Shown: positions 59,434 to 64,000 of the stretch, in pieces
How positions within the stretch are numbered: position 1 is the stretch's first letter
How the letters are laid out: the number at the start of each line of letters is the position of its first letter
Assembly: GCA_026936335.1 (NCBI GenBank)
Contig: JAPMXV010000057.1
Location: 124,001-188,000 of the forward strand
DNA from: Mantamonas sphyraenae STR306
Lineage: Eukaryota; Protista; CRuMs
Reading direction: 5' to 3'
DNA: 64,000 bases
The notes under the pieces: model-generated
Told to the model about the DNA's origin: nothing
Seen by the model: only the letters and a program-made list of their open reading frames with translations
The model's database searches: none
Made by a program: the position numbers and the translations under genes

Positions 59434-61494
59434 TGTCGTCATTCACCTCTTCGTCCTCTCCGTCCATGGCTTCATCGTCACCCTCTTCTTCTCCCGTCAC
59501 ACGTGCCATGATGCGCTTCGCTTGCGGCTCCCTGGCTGCTTCTTTCTCAGCCCCATCATCCTCACCACTGCCCTGTTGTTGTTCCCTGTGCCCTCGCCTG
59601 CTGTCTGCCTGCTGTCGCTGTTGCTTCTTCTTGCTCCCGCCGCTGCTGTTGTCTCCCGTCCCAGACGCAGTCGTCGCCTTGGACGGCCCGCTCTTTACCA
59701 TGTTGGCCCAGTTTGGCCCGCTGTATGCTTCCTCCTCCTCCTCCTCCTCATCCTCTTCTTCGCTCTCGCCACCCACACTTCTGTTGCGACGTCCTCCGGT
59801 CCCGCCACCGTGCCTGTCGTGATGCCTTCCACGACGCTCGTTCTTGTATCGTCCTCCGCTTCCGCTTCGACGTCCGTTGTTGCCTCCGCTTCCGTTTCCT
59901 CCCGCTCCGCTGCGTCCTCCACGTCCGTTGTTGTTGCGTCCCACGTTTCCTCCTGTGCGCCCGCGGCGCCCGTCGTGGCTGCCCCGCCCGCGCGTTGTGC
60001 CGCTGCTGGTGTTGTGTGGTGCGTGGTTTATGTCTGCGCTGCCTCCGCCTCCTCCGCCTCCTCCGCTTCCCGCCTGTGTGTGCTCCTCCTCAAAGTCGGC
60101 GTCTGTTAATTCGTACCGTGGCGGCGGCATGGCTGTGGTGCATCCGTGTGGCAGTGTGTGCGGCTTGCGTTTGCCGTTTCCCTTTTCCAAATGCTTCCCG
60201 GCGGCCATTTCGTCCAGTGTGAACACGTCCTCGTCCTTGCCAAACTCGTGCAGGTAAATGCACTCCCGGTTGTGGCACTCTCGACTTCGCAGAAAGTTGA
60301 CGCAGTACTTGGTTGTGCCGAACGACACGCGCAGCACGCGGTGCTCGGTCAGGAATCCATCCACAGACCGGATGGCACACTGCGCCATGTGACTTTCCTC
60401 ATACGTTATGTATGCACTGTACGACAGCTTGTCGCCTGTCTGGTGCGGCGTGGTGTTCAGCACCAGTTTCTTGATCTGCCCGTATTGGCCAAAGTGCTCT
60501 TCGTCCCCAAGCACCTGTCCACGTGTGCCCCACACCCGTCCATCCATGCCATCCCATTTGCGTCAGCCTCTCTCGCCTGTGGCCACCTCTCACTGCCTTC
60601 CACTCGGCCTCCTTCTCCGCTGCTCAGGCTGCACGTCTCATGCATGCGAGGGCCCCGTTCACGCCCTTTTCCTTTGCCCTTCCTCCTCCCACACCTGTCC
60701 CTGTACACTCACCTCTTCCGATGCCATCGACGGCGGGATTCCGATGGCGTACACGAGATCCCTTTGAATCACCCGCATGTTGTGGTATTCCTTCACGCTC
60801 ACGTTCCCGCGCCGGTCCTTCTTTTGCCGCTTCTCCTCCATTTCCACGATGCTGTGTCATCATCGCACGCACACCCCACGCCGCACGCGTGTGTTTCCTT
60901 CCGTGTCAGTGCCTTTTCCTGTCCTCCTGCCCCTTTCTTCGTCCGCTACGCCGCCTCAGACCCGCTCCCGGATTTCTCCTGCACCAGCCCATTCGGGCTC
61001 GCACACGCAACACTCTTCCACTTTCCGGCCTCCCTGCACTTTCCGCCCTCCTCCGCCTCGTCCCTACGCCACACCACGCCTCTCTGCACATGTTTGCCCG
61101 CTCCATGCCCGTCCAATCCCCTCCCAGCTCCTCTCCTTCGCCACGTCGCCTCACCCCCCGTGCGCCTTGCCCGCAACCTACTTTTCTGGAGGCTCAAAGT
61201 TGGCCTGTTCGTCGGTGTACGGCCTCCGGCATGCCGGACACAGGCCGTTCACGTCTTCTTTGATCTGGTGGTAGCACCACAGACACACCTGCGCTCGTTC
61301 AGGTGCGTTGTTCACCACGGGGAGTCCTTGCATCAGCCTTTGCAATTGCACACCTCCGCTCACCCTCTTCTTTTCTCTCCCCGCCTGCACGCCCCACCCA
61401 CCTTGAATCCACATTCGCAAGGTGTGAAGCTTCTATCTGTAAGATCCATCTCCTCTGCACAGATGGGGCAAAGGTGATCGTCCGCCTCGCTCAT
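57506..61494 (-). CDS. CNOT4: CCR4-NOT E3 ligase subunit NOT4 (RING-RRM-C3H) with long low-complexity tail; 3 introns
   Basis: CPICAEEMDLTDRSFTPCECGFK|VCLWCYHQI..GLCPACRRPY; RVIQRDLVY; FGQYGQIKK; SFGTTKYC..FLR...C.NRECIYLHE. Confidence 0.93.
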
Positions 61495-61653
61495 GGCCCC
61501 CCAAAAAAAGTTATTCCTGGCCTGCAACGCGCCACCACAACCTCAAACACACATTCCCCCCCGCCCCCCCCCCCCGGCCTGCCACACATTGCACGTCAAA
61601 CATCGTTTCCCTTTTCATTCCCACTCCCAATCTCGTCTCTGCCCACGACACGC

Positions 61654-64000
61654 TTACGAAACGGGCGTCATCACCGAGAAGTAGATCCATACGGCCGCAA
61701 CAGCACCCGGGTACGCAGCCACATGCACACCAAACGCAAACTTGGCGTTGCTGTTGGTTTCCTGGTGAAAGTCGTACCGGGTCATCATCTCCTTGCGGAT
61801 GCGCTTGGCATCGGTGAAAAAGAAGCAGATGGGCACACCGCGGAACTTGTGCGAGGGCGGGCAGGCCATCGACACCTTGCCCTTCCACGAGCTAATGTCG
61901 TTGACAAACTCCTCTGGGTCGAACGACACCTTTTGGTTCTCCATCAACTCCATGCCCTCCTTCAGCACAGGCGCCATCTCGTGCATGATCTCCGTCTCCA
62001 TGTGCTCGCCGTGGCGCCAGTTGGTCACTCCTGCACACACTTCGTGGTAGATTGCCTGCTCCAGCGCCTCCAGACGGCCTCCGCGCAGCGACGGGCCCAG
62101 GTTGCGCGGCGTAAAGAAGCACTTGTGCTCCTCCACGAAATCCTCCTGCGGGTCCACAAAGGGCCTCCACTGCAGCGGGTCGTTGATGTCATACTTGATC
62201 TTGGTCGGGTCGCTGTGTTGGATGTTGGCCCAAATGTTTTCCGCGTTGAACAGCGTCTCAATGGACATGTATGGCACGTTGACCTTCACCAGCTTCTCCG
62301 ACCCCTTGGGCAGGGACATCTGCGGGCCGTCGTCCACCTCAAACACCTCCACCTCTTCCGCCTCATAGGCTGCGTTCTCTCGCTGGATGTCCTGGCGGTC
62401 CAGCACCACGTCCTCGTCATCGCGCAGCATGTCCGCCGTGATCTTACCCTTGCCCTTGTTGTCCGCCGACACGTCCACCGCCACGTCGCCCATGTCCACC
62501 TCCTCCTCTTCCTCGTCCGAGTCATCGTCGTCGCCCATCAGCGCGTACCGCTGGTGTTCCTCGTCGCCAAGCCAGCGCTCAGGCAGCACGTACCGCTTGC
62601 CGTTTGTTGTCTCCCAAAAGATCACCGAGCCGTCGTTCTCCAGCGTCACCACCCACGTGTGATCCTCGCCGTTCTTGGTTTTGCCGTTTGCGCAAAACGC
62701 GTTGATTTTGGTTGGCGGCTTGCCCTCGACCTCCTTGACCGTGAGACCCAGAAACAGGTTGCACATGAGCATGGCGTGCTCCTCTGCGTCGCCCTTTTTC
62801 ATGTCCAGGAAGTAGTTGGTGGAGCACCACACGTCGTCCATGCCCTGGAATGCGTCGACGTCGCTGGAAAAGGTGAAGCACTGCACGGTGCGTGCCACCT
62901 TCAACGTGTTGCCCTGCAGGTCCTTGGGCGGGTTGATGGGTTGGATAAAGGTGGGGAGGAAGCGCAGGGCGCCCGATTCGTCGCCTGCCTCGATGAAGTA
63001 CTCTCCGTCCTTGAGCAGGGCGGCCGGGATGCCCTCGCGCCAGGTGACTTCGCGCTCTTTGTACACGGGCGGCAGCTCGCGCAACTGACTGGTCATGTCC
63101 TTTTCCAACACCATGCTGGACGGAAAGTCTGGCTGGAACCAGGCGGCAAAGTCGACTGTGGCCTCGCTGGGCTCGTCTGCGTTTGCGGTGAACAGCTGCT
63201 GGGCCGCGTTCTTGTACATGCGCGTGTTGCTCTTGTTGTTCTTGGGGTCGTACTGGTCGGTGGCGCCGTTGAGGATGTCGTAGAGGTCGATGTCAAACTG
63301 ACCCTGCTGGTCGTTGCCGGCCTCGTCCCAATCCCACGCGTACACCTTGACAGGACCCTTCTTGGCGAGGGCGTCGGGGGTGTCGCTCACAAGACGCACG
63401 GGGAAGTACAGCGTCTCGTCGAACTTTGGGTTGAGGTTGCGCTTGACAATCTTGGTGGTTTGCGTGACGCCGCCCCAGGTGATGGTGAAGAAACAATCGG
63501 TGGAGCCGTTGTCGTCTGTGGCACGAAGGTTGCTGGCCGAGTTGATCTTCACGGCCAGGTAGCGCATGCCCGGAACAGGGATAACAATGTCACCCTCCTG
63601 CTCAAAGCGAGGCAGGGTGTCCGAGGTCACCATGCCCTCGAGACCGCCCGCGGGGGTCACTTCGATAAGCGTCTCGCCGTTGCGAGTGACCTTTTTGGTC
63701 TCGCGGATCTCCAGGTCCATGGAGCCGTAGTCGAGGACACCACGCATGAGCACGTCCGCGGAGCCGATGAGGTCGTCCTTGCCGACCTGATCCCAGTCGA
63801 AGCACTCGATCTTGATGATTTCGTTCTCCAGCTCGCTGCGTGTGCCACGGTAGGTGATCTCGCCGACCTCGGACCAGGTGGGCTGCAGTGTTTTGATGCA
63901 GTGTTCGCTCTGGCAACTGCGGTTGAGGCCGCCCTGGAACATCTGCGACCAGTTGTTGTCAAACTTGATCTTGATGTACGGATCCGAGGTGCCGCTGCTG
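61654..64000 (-). CDS. Multi-C2-domain CEP76/CC2D2A-family protein; 5' end outside the window
   Basis: Two C2 domains (DPYIKI..FDWDQVGKDDLIG; DDNGSTDCFF..WDWDEAGND), then WCSTNYFLDMKKGDAEEHAMLMCNLFL, HTWVVT..FWETTNG, NIWANIQ, AVWIYF. Confidence 0.82.
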   Translation of the reverse strand, partial: SSGTSDPYIKIKFDNNWSQMFQGGLNRSCQSEHCIKTLQPTWSEVGEITYRGTRSELENEIIKIECFDWDQVGKDDLIGSADVLMRGVLDYGSMDLEIRETKKVTRNGETLIEVTPAGGLEGMVTSDTLPRFEQEGDIVIPVPGMRYLAVKINSASNLRATDDNGSTDCFFTITWGGVTQTTKIVKRNLNPKFDETLYFPVRLVSDTPDALAKKGPVKVYAWDWDEAGNDQQGQFDIDLYDILNGATDQYDPKNNKSNTRMYKNAAQQLFTANADEPSEATVDFAAWFQPDFPSSMVLEKDMTSQLRELPPVYKEREVTWREGIPAALLKDGEYFIEAGDESGALRFLPTFIQPINPPKDLQGNTLKVARTVQCFTFSSDVDAFQGMDDVWCSTNYFLDMKKGDAEEHAMLMCNLFLGLTVKEVEGKPPTKINAFCANGKTKNGEDHTWVVTLENDGSVIFWETTNGKRYVLPERWLGDEEHQRYALMGDDDDSDEEEEEVDMGDVAVDVSADNKGKGKITADMLRDDEDVVLDRQDIQRENAAYEAEEVEVFEVDDGPQMSLPKGSEKLVKVNVPYMSIETLFNAENIWANIQHSDPTKIKYDINDPLQWRPFVDPQEDFVEEHKCFFTPRNLGPSLRGGRLEALEQAIYHEVCAGVTNWRHGEHMETEIMHEMAPVLKEGMELMENQKVSFDPEEFVNDISSWKGKVSMACPPSHKFRGVPICFFFTDAKRIRKEMMTRYDFHQETNSNAKFAFGVHVAAYPGAVAAVWIYFSVMTPVS

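Noticed and set aside
1-64000. Non-standard genetic code or stop-codon reassignment
   Set aside because: Conserved genes end at TAA, TAG or TGA at the expected positions, and internal stops are explained by introns or indels.

Overview
Gene-dense, GC-rich eukaryotic DNA, most likely a free-living flagellated protist (the species cannot be assigned from sequence alone). It has short GT-AG introns often containing (CA)n/(GT)n microsatellites and intergenic gaps that are frequently under 130 bp. About 30 protein-coding genes were recognised, mostly conserved housekeeping genes: GMPPA, WASHC3, VPS33, CIP2A, mitochondrial-type HslU, EXOC1/Sec3, an ABCA half-transporter, NO66/RIOX1, PPase, SPRYD7, TRAPPC9, HAP40/F8A, an X-family polymerase, HIBCH, CNOT4 and a CEP76/CC2D2A-like protein. 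No rRNA, tRNA, CRISPR array or recognisable mobile element was seen. Three observations stand out. (1) A secreted class-3 lipase has a Lys-rich, 11-mer-repeat amphipathic peptide, flanked by basic cleavage-like sites, inserted just before the catalytic Asp. (2) Three intronless paralogous multi-pass membrane genes of unknown family sit in a cluster; two of them face each other as a palindrome with divergent 5' halves and near-identical 3' halves. (3) Splice phases support a GNAT-LysM-GRAM-TLDc (OXR1/NCOA7-like) fusion. At least six apparent frameshifts all fall in homopolymers and are probably long-read errors. All family assignments are from motif recognition by eye; no database searches were run.
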